DNA of 64,000 nucleotides. Origin: Amoebophrya sp. A120 (taxonomy: Eukaryota; Protista; Dinoflagellata). Where the stretch lies: the NCBI GenBank assembly GCA_905178155.1, contig CAJINV010000010.1, positions 2,178,778 through 2,242,777 on the forward strand, in the 5' to 3' direction. Position 1 is the stretch's first letter. Every line of letters begins with the position of its first letter. Under the pieces are notes generated by a model. It was not told the origin of the DNA and did no database searches. It was given only the letters and a program-made list of their open reading frames with translations. Below are positions 42,668 through 52,733 of the stretch, in pieces. A program made the translations under genes and the position numbers.

Positions 42668-45600
42668 CTACGCCCCTGCGTATGCAGGCAACGTAATCTC
42701 AGGCTCTTCCACGTCAATAAGGTTAGGGGAATTCGCATGAACTCCCCACAAATGTGGATTTTGCAACTGCTGGTTGGAAAGCTCATGCATATTTGTGTGT
42801 GGAAAAGCTTCCCTCAAACGATGCTCAATCGAAGGCCTGGTGAGCAAATCCGCGATGTTGTGCGCGGAGCACAACCAAGCAAAGTAGAATTGGCAATCGA
42901 GCTGGCGCGCCAACAAGTGAAAACTAACACTAAGGCGCTGGACGAGGATGTTGCGACTGTTGTTGCGTCCAAGATTGAAGCATGCACCAAGATTGTCGCA
43001 GTGAATAATGACCATTTTTCCTTTGAGCTGGTCACGAAAGTACTCGACAGCTATACGAGCTGCAAGTACCTCCAACACCGCAATACAAAAACTGCCTTTG
43101 GCAGAAGGGTCATCACCATCAATCCGACACTGCGGTGGCACCTGAGTAAGGTGTGCTTTGAAAGCCCCATGAGTGTGGGTGCCTACCAGAAAACCACCAA
43201 CACGCAACTGAAACTCCTCAAAACCATCGAACACGCCTTCCTGGATACGGCGCGCCACGTCCGGGAAATTCTCGCCCGACGCATCCGTGTACAGGTGCAC
43301 GATCTGCCGGTCGATATTCTGGCGAGAAATCGGAATCGGTTCCATCCGCTCCGCCACCGCGGTAGCAAGACGAGCTTGGGTTTCCAATCCACGCCTGTTC
43401 TTCGGGCGCTTGACGAGGCGGGGAAATTCCGACTCCGTACACCAAACGTTGAAACCGCGGGCCAGGTAGGACAGGTGGTTCGACATTTGGGTGATGTGCC
43501 GAAACAAACCCGCGAACGACTGGATTGTGCGAAGCTGCAATTTGGTCTTCATCTCCTCCAAGAAGCGGTCGCGCAAGCCCCGAAGTTTGATGATCTTGAC
43601 TTCTGGGACCACCAAGAAAACTGTGGCAATTTTCAAATTCAGGTCGTAGCCCAAACCCAGTACCACGATCAGCTTCTGGATGTTTTGCGACTCTTTCTTG
43701 GGGAAAGATTGTCGCCATCCCGACAATTCTAACCAGAGGTCAAGGAGACGTTCATCCGAGTCGCACAATTCTGGTCGCGAAAGCCCGTGGATATCGTCTA
43801 TGAAGAGCAACACGAGCAGGAACAAGTCGCAGCAGAACACAAGCTGGAACAGCTCGGAAATTGAGACGCATTGCATAACCGAGGCCAACGATCCGAACAA
43901 ACAGCAATCCGAAGAGAACAAGACGTAGTCACGCTCTTCTCCCTCCTGAGTTTGCTGGTTTGTAGCGGAGTGCTCGGATGCCCGGGGCGTTGATTGCTTC
44001 TTTCCTTTCTGCCGCCGTTTTCCCTTGGCTTTGTTACTGGGCTTGCTCGCAATGGTGGCTTCGGAACCGGGTGTGTGCACCATGCCGGAAAACTGCTGAG
44101 CCTTTGGCGCGGACGACGCTGCCGCAGGTGTAGTTTCATGCTCGCGGGCCTCCGACTCTGCTGACGAAGAGGATGAAGGCGCTGCTAATTCCTTCTTGTT
44201 CTTGGGGAGCCGGAATGGTAGCGGGACCCAGATACAATTGGAAAGGGGATCGTCAATGGCACACTGGTAATAGAAGGACTTGAGGTCCCTCTTCCAACCG
44301 GTCGGGCAGAAGGAGAAGTTGTCGTCTTTGACTTTGTGGTGGTGGAAATGCAGGGACGTAGCAAGCACGTTCTTGTGGGCGTCGAAGTTCTCTCGAAGTT
44401 GCTTTTCCGTAGCCACGTCGCCCATGATCGTAGACTTCCACTTGAACTGCGACGGGGACGCAACGCATGAAGACATGCACCGCTCGATCAAGGAGACCGT
44501 GGAACGCACGCCAATGAGACGCATTTTTTCTTGGGCGATAAGACGTTTATTGTTGCGTCTGAGGTCTATACAAGACCTCGGTTTTTCGCTTGGGTTGCTC
44601 GGCTCTCCAAACGCATCTTTTTCCTTGTAAACAGGAAAGGCCTTAGCGGCGACATAAGGCGTCTTGTTTTGGACGAGCGTGTTGACGTCCTGGCGGTGCC
44701 AAAACCCTTTTTCCTCCATGGCAATGGCGTCTTCGTACATGAGCTGGACTTCTTTTTGTTTAGCCCAGTGGTGCGACGGGGCCGAAGGGTAGTCGCGGAC
44801 AGGTGTAGCATGCGCTTCGGAAAGCTGTTGGCTCACTTCGTCCACTGCCAGGTGCTGCCAGAAACCGGACATCGGGATGACGTCATCTTTCGAACAAAAA
44901 CCATCCATCAGGTGCTGCAAAAGCGCAAGGATCTCTTGTTCCCGATCACGGAGGTGGACCGCTGCTTGCAGGGCGCGACGCACACCAGCCTGGAAGAACA
45001 GAAAATTCTTGCCCTCGTAGAGTTTTTTGCAGTGCGGCTTCATTTTTTTGTGCAGGGCTTTTTCTTCTGCACGAAAGGTGAACTCATCATGTAAAAGCTG
45101 ACGAGCTCGAGCCCGATTCTTGTCCAGCAGCTGATGCGGGTAGAACAACTTTTGGTATTCTGCTGCGAAACCCGTGACCTGGAGGTACTCCGCATGGAGT
45201 CCGAAATCGCGAGAGACGTCCATGTTGATCCGGTGCCGCAAGTCACTAGCGGAAAGGCCGCTGCTCGAGGCTGCACTCGAACCGGACGAGCTACTAGCGA
45301 GGGCCGCGTCTGCGGGGAGCAATTCGTAAATCGGTTTGTCTGCGATAGCATCAGAAGCTGGTGCTGAGCCTTGGAATTTGATAAACCGATTGAATTCCGG
45401 CGTTTCCATCACGTTTTGGTTCCATACCGGAGCGAATTCGGCTTCCGGATCCTGGTTGCACAGCACGTGTTTCCGCAAGTCATGGGTGCCTGGTTCCATA
45501 ATAGCCATCGAAACAGTTCTGCCCGGGAGCGTCTGCTGTTGGTGCGAAGTTTCCACTTTCGCTTTCGACGAAGACGGCGAATTAGCGACGGGGCGCAGGG

Positions 45601-46024
45601 ACTGCGAGGGCGACTGTGGTGAGAATTTTCGGATCTCCGGCGAGCGCTTGAAGGAAACTTTTTTGTCACCTCGGGACAAAGATGAACTGGCCGCTCGAGC
45701 CCGCCTCGGCGGGGTAGGCGGGCGCGGAAACATGTCCTTGCCTTGCACTTTGGCCATGATGTCTGACACCTTCTTGGAGGCACCGACGGGGAGGAGCGGC
45801 GCAGGTCCTAGCACCTCCGCCAGCTTGTTCTCGACTGGCGGCGGCGTCGTAATTTTCGGCTTCTTGGATGGCGGACCAGCAGCAACACTTCTCCTCAAGA
45901 TCGGCGCCAGAGGGCGCAGCGGCGGAGGCTGCGGAAGCCCCGATTTCTCGGCGGCTGATTTCCGGGCTGGAGACGAAGGAGGTGCCGCTGCGCGACGCGG
46001 TGAAGACGAGCTACGTTCCGACAT
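42668..46024 (-). CDS. Reverse transcriptase - RNase H polyprotein of the YR retrotransposon (1118 aa)
   Basis: RT motifs RSCIDLR, KRDLKSFYYQ, LFGSLAS, LFIDD, VLGL; DIRS-type RNase H motifs LYTDASG, IAVLEVLA, IHCDN, HNIADLLTR. Confidence 0.92.
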   Translation of the reverse strand: MSERSSSSPRRAAAPPSSPARKSAAEKSGLPQPPPLRPLAPILRRSVAAGPPSKKPKITTPPPVENKLAEVLGPAPLLPVGASKKVSDIMAKVQGKDMFPRPPTPPRRARAASSSLSRGDKKVSFKRSPEIRKFSPQSPSQSLRPVANSPSSSKAKVETSHQQQTLPGRTVSMAIMEPGTHDLRKHVLCNQDPEAEFAPVWNQNVMETPEFNRFIKFQGSAPASDAIADKPIYELLPADAALASSSSGSSAASSSGLSASDLRHRINMDVSRDFGLHAEYLQVTGFAAEYQKLFYPHQLLDKNRARARQLLHDEFTFRAEEKALHKKMKPHCKKLYEGKNFLFFQAGVRRALQAAVHLRDREQEILALLQHLMDGFCSKDDVIPMSGFWQHLAVDEVSQQLSEAHATPVRDYPSAPSHHWAKQKEVQLMYEDAIAMEEKGFWHRQDVNTLVQNKTPYVAAKAFPVYKEKDAFGEPSNPSEKPRSCIDLRRNNKRLIAQEKMRLIGVRSTVSLIERCMSSCVASPSQFKWKSTIMGDVATEKQLRENFDAHKNVLATSLHFHHHKVKDDNFSFCPTGWKRDLKSFYYQCAIDDPLSNCIWVPLPFRLPKNKKELAAPSSSSSAESEAREHETTPAAASSAPKAQQFSGMVHTPGSEATIASKPSNKAKGKRRQKGKKQSTPRASEHSATNQQTQEGEERDYVLFSSDCCLFGSLASVMQCVSISELFQLVFCCDLFLLVLLFIDDIHGLSRPELCDSDERLLDLWLELSGWRQSFPKKESQNIQKLIVVLGLGYDLNLKIATVFLVVPEVKIIKLRGLRDRFLEEMKTKLQLRTIQSFAGLFRHITQMSNHLSYLARGFNVWCTESEFPRLVKRPKNRRGLETQARLATAVAERMEPIPISRQNIDRQIVHLYTDASGENFPDVARRIQEGVFDGFEEFQLRVGGFLVGTHTHGAFKAHLTQVPPQCRIDGDDPSAKGSFCIAVLEVLAARIAVEYFRDQLKGKMVIIHCDNLGACFNLGRNNSRNILVQRLSVSFHLLARQLDCQFYFAWLCSAHNIADLLTRPSIEHRLREAFPHTNMHELSNQQLQNPHLWGVHANSPNLIDVEEPEITLPAYAGA

Positions 46025-46744
46025 GAAGGTGGAAGTTGCTTTGTTCTATTCACAAATAGCAGTCACTTGAAATAGAGCGATAGGTAGAGCGCTTAGTACA
46101 AATGAAAGAAAGAAGTGAAAAATTTGTAATGTGAAAAACTAGTTTGAAGTATTTTTTTTTTTTTTGCAAGTAAAAAGAAGACGGTAAAGAGCACGATAAT
46201 GTTAGTAAAGTCAGGAATCTTATTCGCACAACGGGGTAGTCCACGTACACCGGAGGACCTGTTGGTATTGAAGTCGCGGAAAGTAGGCACCGTTTCCGAT
46301 TACCCGCTTATTCTTGGCGCGCTTCACGAGGACGTGGACCGAGAGCTGTACGAAGTCGAACAGAAAAATATCGTCGTGCGAGACGCGCGTCCATGCTGGA
46401 GAGCATAGCACCTAGGTTTTTTATTTGTTCATCATTCACTCAAAAAGAAGTAGTAGTTTCAGTACGATCCGATTGCATGGCTGCTGTGTACGAACCGAGC
46501 ACGAGTTGTTATTTTGCACGAGTAGTTGTATGGACGAGCGTAATACTCTTTGGCAGACCGCAAGTTCGAAACGAAACGTAGTACTTTGGCATTGCAAATC
46601 CTACAGACCTAGAGGCGTTTTCCGCGTTCCCGCTAGAAAAGCTTTAAACCCCCAGACGGAGTTTATTAAAAAGGACAAGACTTAAGACGTATAAGAAATT
46701 GGACCCTTGCGTTACCGCATAGAGCCAAGCGCGGAAATACTAAC

Positions 46745-47581
46745 TTAGTCAGAATTCGAAGCGAATTTCTTCATCTGCTCGTCTGTCAGCCCTAGGCGGA
46801 AATTGCGATTTACGGCCTTGATGCGGCCAATCGGAGCCTTGTGCAAGTCCGAGCACTTGTTTCCCTTGGAGCACTTGCCACGAAGGTGGTTGACGCAAAC
46901 ACGGTCAGTTGCCTTGCTCGTGGTCGTACGAGTGGTATTAGTACGGCCTGTGTCGACGCGGCGCCTTTTAATCTGAGAACCAGCAGGAGAATCATCAGTG
47001 AAAAAAGTACTCAAACGCCGCTCCATGTGCAGGTTAGTCTGGAACTGCATGCGGGCCTGGGCCGTGATCGCGAGAGTGCACTTGCGCTGGTATCGCGTGT
47101 TCGCCGGGTCATCCGCCACCACGGGGAGGTTGTTCGGCTCCAGAGAGTCCTGCAGAGCCTGGAAAAAGAGTTCTGCAACTTTGTTCACTTCCAGAGCGGC
47201 GGGAGCCTCCTTGGGCGTCGACCCGCAAGAATCCGGCATCGCGGGGAAGAGGGCGTTCTGGATCATGTCCACCATGAGGCGGTATTGCGCGTCGTTTGTG
47301 ATCTGCAGGGCACGGAGCAACGTGCACATTTCCATCGGAGTCATGCGGCAGGAGGGAGGACAGGTAGCTTTGAGGACGTCGTGGAGGCGCTCGTTGGCAA
47401 GTAATTCGGTGCCGAACCTGAATTTCTTACCATCGATTTTCGTACCGCAGTTTGCGGCTTGCACTCGGAGCAACTCTGCTTGCTCCTCCGTGAGGACGCC
47501 AACACCTAACTCAGCTGCCTGCTGCTGCTGCTGCTGCAAGACCGCGATAGCGGCATCACCTGCTGCTGCTCCTGCTGCCAT
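46745..47581 (-). CDS. Gag-like / nucleic-acid-binding protein with C-terminal CCCH zinc finger (278 aa)
   Basis: CVNHLRGKCSKGNKCSDLH = C-x7-C-x5-C-x3-H, preceded by a basic patch; lies just upstream of RT inside the element. Confidence 0.75.
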   Translation of the reverse strand: MAAGAAAGDAAIAVLQQQQQQAAELGVGVLTEEQAELLRVQAANCGTKIDGKKFRFGTELLANERLHDVLKATCPPSCRMTPMEMCTLLRALQITNDAQYRLMVDMIQNALFPAMPDSCGSTPKEAPAALEVNKVAELFFQALQDSLEPNNLPVVADDPANTRYQRKCTLAITAQARMQFQTNLHMERRLSTFFTDDSPAGSQIKRRRVDTGRTNTTRTTTSKATDRVCVNHLRGKCSKGNKCSDLHKAPIGRIKAVNRNFRLGLTDEQMKKFASNSD

Positions 47582-48057
47582 TTTGATCTGGGGGTGTGTA
47601 AGAAGTTAATCTACGCGCAAAAGAATACTACTTCGTGAAGATGGAGACTTTTTGACAAAAAACACAGGTAGGGTGTTTCTGAACAAAAAAGCGAGGGCCC
47701 TGTGAGGTAAACATTTTTTGGGAAAAAGAGATTCTCTACGAGGCAGCGACAGCTGAAGAGCAGAAAACATGGTCCCAGGGCAGAGAGTTCACGTCCAACG
47801 AAGTGCATTTAATTTTTTGCTTGTAGAAACCGAGATGTTTTCCCTCAGACAGATCGATTTGAGTGTTGGCACGCTGTTGAATTTTTTGTGATACGAGTTG
47901 AACAAATGCCGGCCAGAGAAAACAGAGTCTTTTGGTCTGAAATTTTTGATCGGACCACAATGACAATTGAGATTTATTCCCGAGGTGTCATAAAAAACAA
48001 CAGAGAACTCTCGCTTCCGCGATGAGTTTCCTCAAGAAAATTCACATTGAACTTTCT

Positions 48058-50358
48058 TTACAGCCGTGGGGTGATGCTCAGAAATTTTTCCTCATTAGGG
48101 AGGAGGCGGGGCTCATCCCCTTCTCGCACTTCTTCCGGATTTCTATATTCGAAGAAACCGTCTGACAAGGTTTGCGGGTTTCGCATACGATCCCGCTGGA
48201 GCGTAGTCTTCTTGAAGCACCAAGTCTTGAGGTAGAAATCGGAATTCGTGGCGAGGCGTTTTGTCCAATCGTATTCTTGCGTTGGTCCAAAATGCAGTTG
48301 TCGTAGTCGCGGCCAGAAGATAGTCGTGCTGTCGGGGTAGTTGCGACTGAGCCCGACATATCCCTCGGTAGTGGTAGCTGCATCATGTCGCGACATTCTG
48401 CGGAGGTCCATCAATTTCATACCTCCCTCGGCGGCCGATTGTATGCCCCCTATCCGGAGACTATGACCACCGAAATTATCGGAGGAAAGACCGCCCACTT
48501 CGGAGATGAAGTCACTGTTTTCGAGCATGTTCCAACTGTCCGTAAGAACAAGCACTTCCTTCAAAGCAGCCTTCAGCCGGGGCACGGGCCATCTACGAAA
48601 GTAGAGCCATTCCGCTGCGGAAATTCCGCACGTAGGACAAATTCTGCATTCCAAGTGGTTCTTCGGGTCGTTTTCCGCGGGCTCCACTAAGGGAGCATAG
48701 GGGCAGCTGCACCCTAGCATAAAACCCTCGCGGCGGTGTCCCGTGCCGTTTGTTTTCGACGAAAAAATGCAATATTCCACACTGTTGCCGTTCGAAAGTC
48801 GACGTGTACTTGGAATATCGTCGATGCGCAGAAATGCGAACCAGACCACGACCATCAAGCGACAGAACCGTATCGGATGGACGCCGGAAGAAGAAGTTGT
48901 AGCCCCGACCTGTTGGATCTTGAACTGCTGGCAGGCTTGGATTATCAAGATCAGGTGCGACAGCCTGATGCCGGTTTTCTGCTGTGGTGGCGAGCGGGCT
49001 TTCGTCAACGCTTTGAAATGCGTATGGTACTCGGACCGCATCTCGAACGTAAACGTTTTATGATTACAAAGCAGGTTCTTAATGTACGAGAAGTTGGTGC
49101 ACCGGGACTGCTTTGCCGACTTCAGCTTCAAGAAATACGCACAGCAAATCCGCATGGAATAGCTGGATACGCTGTCTGGCAGTGGGCACAGGTCGCAATA
49201 TTTCAGCAGACGGATGTACCTCACCTGCAGTTGTTTGCGGTACAGCCCCTGGGACTTGTTGTTCCGAAGGAAGGTCTCGTTGTAGATTTTTAAGGTGTCG
49301 GAAATTTGTTCCTCGGAGAGCTGGGCGACTGCATCAGAAAGGGGAGGGTGGAGAGGTGGGTCCTGACCTGCAGGATCCTCTTTCAAAACTAATATCCTCA
49401 TGAACTCCAGGGCTTCCGCCTCCGGTAGTTCTTCCTCCTCCACTACGACGCGGCTCGCTAAATCCTTCTGCTCTTCGATTTCCGACATGAGCTGCAGCTT
49501 CCGCTTGAAACTATTGTCGTTCTTGAGTTGTTGGAAAGAAACCAAGGCGCCACTACTGTTGTCCGAGACCACGCGTGCTTCACGTGGTGCCTCCTTGTAG
49601 GGGACAAAGGTAGAGAAAGACGTCGGCTCCTTGTTGATTTTTTCTTGCGGAAAGTAAAAAGCAACATCTGCTGGATCTATGATGCCGTCGTCCGCCGGGG
49701 CCGCTAAATCTTCTGATTGGAACAACCCCAAGTCCCGCTGCGGTTGTGGTTGGGGCTGCCTAAATGCGCTGGAAGAAGAAGATGATGCGGAGGACGAGGA
49801 AGTGAAGTTGATCTGCGAGCGGTCCGCTAATTTACTCGAAATAGACATCAACAGGGAAGTGTCCTTCTCCTGAAAAGCCTGAGCCTCATCTTCAAACAAA
49901 ATGGTGGGCACCGGTTTGCTAAGCTTTTGCTTTTTTCGAGGAAGAAGAAATTGCTCTTTCCCCGCGGTCATGGCTCGCGCTTCGTCCCAAATCGCATCTT
50001 TCTCGTTCTGTCGAAGTAGATCAGTAAGTCGCAACCACTTACGGGCAACCGCAAGTTTAATTTTTGGTGAAGGCGGGCAAAGGAGATCCTCGTCTTCATA
50101 ATCTACCTCGGTGTCCGCAGAGTCGAAAGATGGGCGACGGGGGCGCTTGACGCGCGTGGCATCGAAAAGCGCAGGCCGAATGAAAGGTCGCCTCTTAAAC
50201 TGCTCCTCCAGCAAGAGAAACTCGATGTCGTTGTCTTTTTTCTGTTTCGCAAGGTCTTCTTTTAATTGCTTGTCCCGGAGGTAGTTCGCAGCTGCTTCTG
50301 ACTGCAACACAGGAGGGGCTGCGCTCTCCATAGCTGAGAGATACGAAAGCCACGACAT
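48058..50358 (-). CDS. Tyrosine recombinase of the retrotransposon (766 aa)
   Basis: Catalytic signature: FAFLRIDD (R), SSKTN (K), GHSLRIGG (HxxR), MSRH (H), TTEGY (Y). Confidence 0.9.
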   Translation of the reverse strand: MSWLSYLSAMESAAPPVLQSEAAANYLRDKQLKEDLAKQKKDNDIEFLLLEEQFKRRPFIRPALFDATRVKRPRRPSFDSADTEVDYEDEDLLCPPSPKIKLAVARKWLRLTDLLRQNEKDAIWDEARAMTAGKEQFLLPRKKQKLSKPVPTILFEDEAQAFQEKDTSLLMSISSKLADRSQINFTSSSSASSSSSSAFRQPQPQPQRDLGLFQSEDLAAPADDGIIDPADVAFYFPQEKINKEPTSFSTFVPYKEAPREARVVSDNSSGALVSFQQLKNDNSFKRKLQLMSEIEEQKDLASRVVVEEEELPEAEALEFMRILVLKEDPAGQDPPLHPPLSDAVAQLSEEQISDTLKIYNETFLRNNKSQGLYRKQLQVRYIRLLKYCDLCPLPDSVSSYSMRICCAYFLKLKSAKQSRCTNFSYIKNLLCNHKTFTFEMRSEYHTHFKALTKARSPPQQKTGIRLSHLILIIQACQQFKIQQVGATTSSSGVHPIRFCRLMVVVWFAFLRIDDIPSTRRLSNGNSVEYCIFSSKTNGTGHRREGFMLGCSCPYAPLVEPAENDPKNHLECRICPTCGISAAEWLYFRRWPVPRLKAALKEVLVLTDSWNMLENSDFISEVGGLSSDNFGGHSLRIGGIQSAAEGGMKLMDLRRMSRHDAATTTEGYVGLSRNYPDSTTIFWPRLRQLHFGPTQEYDWTKRLATNSDFYLKTWCFKKTTLQRDRMRNPQTLSDGFFEYRNPEEVREGDEPRLLPNEEKFLSITPRL

Positions 50359-50365
50359 CTTGGAT

Positions 50366-51562
50366 TTAGACCGGTGCCTGCTGGAGGGGGAACGGCGCTC
50401 CTAGGTGGGCGATTACTACTCGGATCACACAGTCGTGAATGCTATCCTGCTCGTCAATGGGTTGGAAGTCTGGGTGGGCCTCGAACTCCGTTCTCGTACC
50501 ACAGTTAACCAACCAAAGCGAGCCGTCGTTGCGGCGATCAAATCCCGCCCCAAAGGAAGCCTCCTCGCTGACCGTGTACTGCGTGTCCACGTCCGCGCAG
50601 CACGAGAAAAGCTCCCGGCTCGCTACCGGGTCGTGCCAGTCGAAACCCGCGCTACGCACCAATTGTCTCTGGAACTTCAAGTTGTGTGCCAATCTTGGCT
50701 CCAGCAGGTGGCTAGGCAGGTTGCACGGGCTGGTGAACAAGTCTGGATCGAAAAACTCCGTAAGCTGCTCCACCACTTGCGAGTAGCGGTAGTACGGCTG
50801 CTGGGAAAAGCGGAAAAAATCCGCGTCCGGAAAATCCAAACAGCAATCGAACGGGCGCAAGGTGGTGTCGCCCGTTTTTGCGTACAGCTTTCCCAACACG
50901 TAATCGTACGCCAGCTGCGCCAGAACTGATCCGACACAGGTGCTGCACTGCAAAAAACGCTTGATTTGCGTTTGCGTGAAATCTCTGATACAAAAAGTAA
51001 CGTAACCCGCCAGGATGTACGGGTTTGTCGGGTGGAAAGCTGTAGCAGCTGCTGTGGCGGTATTCGCCTTGTTCTGCGGGCGCGGGACTTGGAACACTAC
51101 TAAGCACCTCACAAAGCAGGTGCTGATTGTTCGGATGAAGAAGATTCCGTCGGTAGTCTGGTGTTCCCGCGGCGAATGCACCTTTTCCAACGCGAGTTTG
51201 ACTCTGCGAAGGCAGCGGTGCTGGTGCAAAAATTCTGTACCGTTGTTGTACGGCGCCGTATTCAACTCGCACTGGAAAGGGACGTCCGCAATGGTGTTGC
51301 AGGAACAGAAGATGGAGTCCGGGCGGGGTGGTGGGTTATCTTGGGAATACACGTGGTTAGTTTCGCCTCTAGGAAAAATGTGTTCGTTTTCCGTAAATTC
51401 AACTGATACTACTTTAAAATATAACGGGCAAGTAAGAAAACCCTGCGAATCGTGAGTACTATCCGAGCGAGTCGAGTCTCTAGCTTCGTGACGTCTGGGT
51501 ATAGGGTTTTCTTTAGCGTTATCCGCGTGGAAGTTCACAGAACTAATGTCCGAGAGCGACAT
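50366..51562 (-). CDS. Unknown element-borne protein (398 aa)
   Basis: Intact ORF inside the repeats, ending 7 nt before the YR ATG; no motif recognised. Confidence 0.7.
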   Translation of the reverse strand: MSLSDISSVNFHADNAKENPIPRRHEARDSTRSDSTHDSQGFLTCPLYFKVVSVEFTENEHIFPRGETNHVYSQDNPPPRPDSIFCSCNTIADVPFQCELNTAPYNNGTEFLHQHRCLRRVKLALEKVHSPREHQTTDGIFFIRTISTCFVRCLVVFQVPRPQNKANTATAAATAFHPTNPYILAGYVTFCIRDFTQTQIKRFLQCSTCVGSVLAQLAYDYVLGKLYAKTGDTTLRPFDCCLDFPDADFFRFSQQPYYRYSQVVEQLTEFFDPDLFTSPCNLPSHLLEPRLAHNLKFQRQLVRSAGFDWHDPVASRELFSCCADVDTQYTVSEEASFGAGFDRRNDGSLWLVNCGTRTEFEAHPDFQPIDEQDSIHDCVIRVVIAHLGAPFPLQQAPV

Positions 51563-51653
51563 CTTTTTGCACCAAAAAACTCATCTAAATTGAGACTGTC
51601 AATTTTTTGAATGGGTGGGAATTCGTCAAAAGGACGCATTCAAGAAGGGTGGG

Positions 51654-52147
51654 CTGAAAAAATAGAGCTTCAGCAAGGCCCCCCATTGAAGAGGGGGTAG
51701 GGCAGAAGCGGTAGATGTTCCTTACCCTTAGGTCGTGAATGCTAGAATTTAAAGATCACCTATAAATAATTATAACATTCTTCAAACACTACGCATTGCA
51801 CGACGCGAACACCTCCCTTCGAGAACCTTCAACTTCTCTCAGACGCTGCATTGATCTTTCGGTGTTCGTAATGTTTTGACGTGGTAAACCGTATTTACCT
51901 GGGACAAAATTATTGTTGTGCAAGCAAAGCGCTGCGCATCATTGTTCCATGCGAAAACTGGATCACGTAGGCGCGTTTCCGCTACCAGATCGGATTTCGC
52001 AAGAGCTCAAAGAGCCTGTTCACCTGGTACAAAAGGGGGACAGCAAGAAAGCAAACATAGTGCATCTAGGGGTGCTAGTTGTACTTGAAAAGGCGTGGCG
52101 AGCCTGCTAGGCGCGGGCTTCGCTCTTTTAAAGTGCGACAAAGATTC
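51654..52147. repeat. Internal B-A junction of the split direct repeats
   Basis: B copy 51654-51765 fused to A copy 51761-52147 through shared TATAA. Confidence 0.95.
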
Positions 52148-52621
52148 TCGTTGCTCACACAACAAAGAGACTCATAGTAAGAGCGCTTAGTACCATAGTA
52201 AGGAGCAGCGCAGACTGCTACCGTTACATGTTGCCATTGTAACGAATAGCGAAGACTATGAGGGGAGACCGAAAACGCGGAATTTCAAAATTTTAATTTT
52301 AATCCCAATTGACTGGTGATTAAATTAAAATGCCAGTAGGCTAGCCAAAGCTATTTGAAATTGCGCGGCGGACGACCAAAAAGAAAAGGGTCGGAGAAAG
52401 GGGAGGTGGTGGGAATTCCAGACGGCATGGGCCCCGGACAGGGGGTTAAGGCCAAGAGGGAATTTATTAAAAAGATAAAAATAAAATTCCACGGAAACCG
52501 CGAAATTTTAAAAATTTATTTTTATAAGATCGTGGAGTTCTGGGGAGGGTGGGGACGAACAGTCCGCGCTCACATCGTGGCCAAGGCCAAAATTTTAACA
52601 GATGAGGCAAAGGCCAAGATT

Positions 52622-52733
52622 CTGAAAAAATAGAGCTTCAGCAAGGCCCCCCATTGAAGAGGGGGTAGGGCAGAAGCGGTAGATGTTCCTTACCCTTAGG
52701 TCGTGAATGCTAGCATTTAAAGATCACCTATAA
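52622..52733. repeat. Split direct repeat B, terminal copy (112 bp)
   Basis: Matches 51654-51765; one substitution seen (GCTAGAATTT vs GCTAGCATTT). Confidence 0.95.

Larger units (their letters stand above)
42088..52733 (-). mobile_element. Tyrosine-recombinase retrotransposon (DIRS order; Ngaro/PAT/VIPER-like) with split direct repeats
   Basis: Repeat A 42088-42474 = 51761-52147; repeat B 51654-51765 = 52622-52733; internal B-A junction; encodes YR, RT/RNaseH and a CCCH protein; TATAA at both ends and at the junction. Confidence 0.93.

Noticed and set aside
48058-50358. Idea that this tyrosine recombinase mobilises the TIR introns, since both involve 5-bp repeats
   Set aside because: The intron DRs differ at every site, as expected for staggered-cut target duplications, whereas the YR element uses a fixed TATAA core; no sequence is shared.
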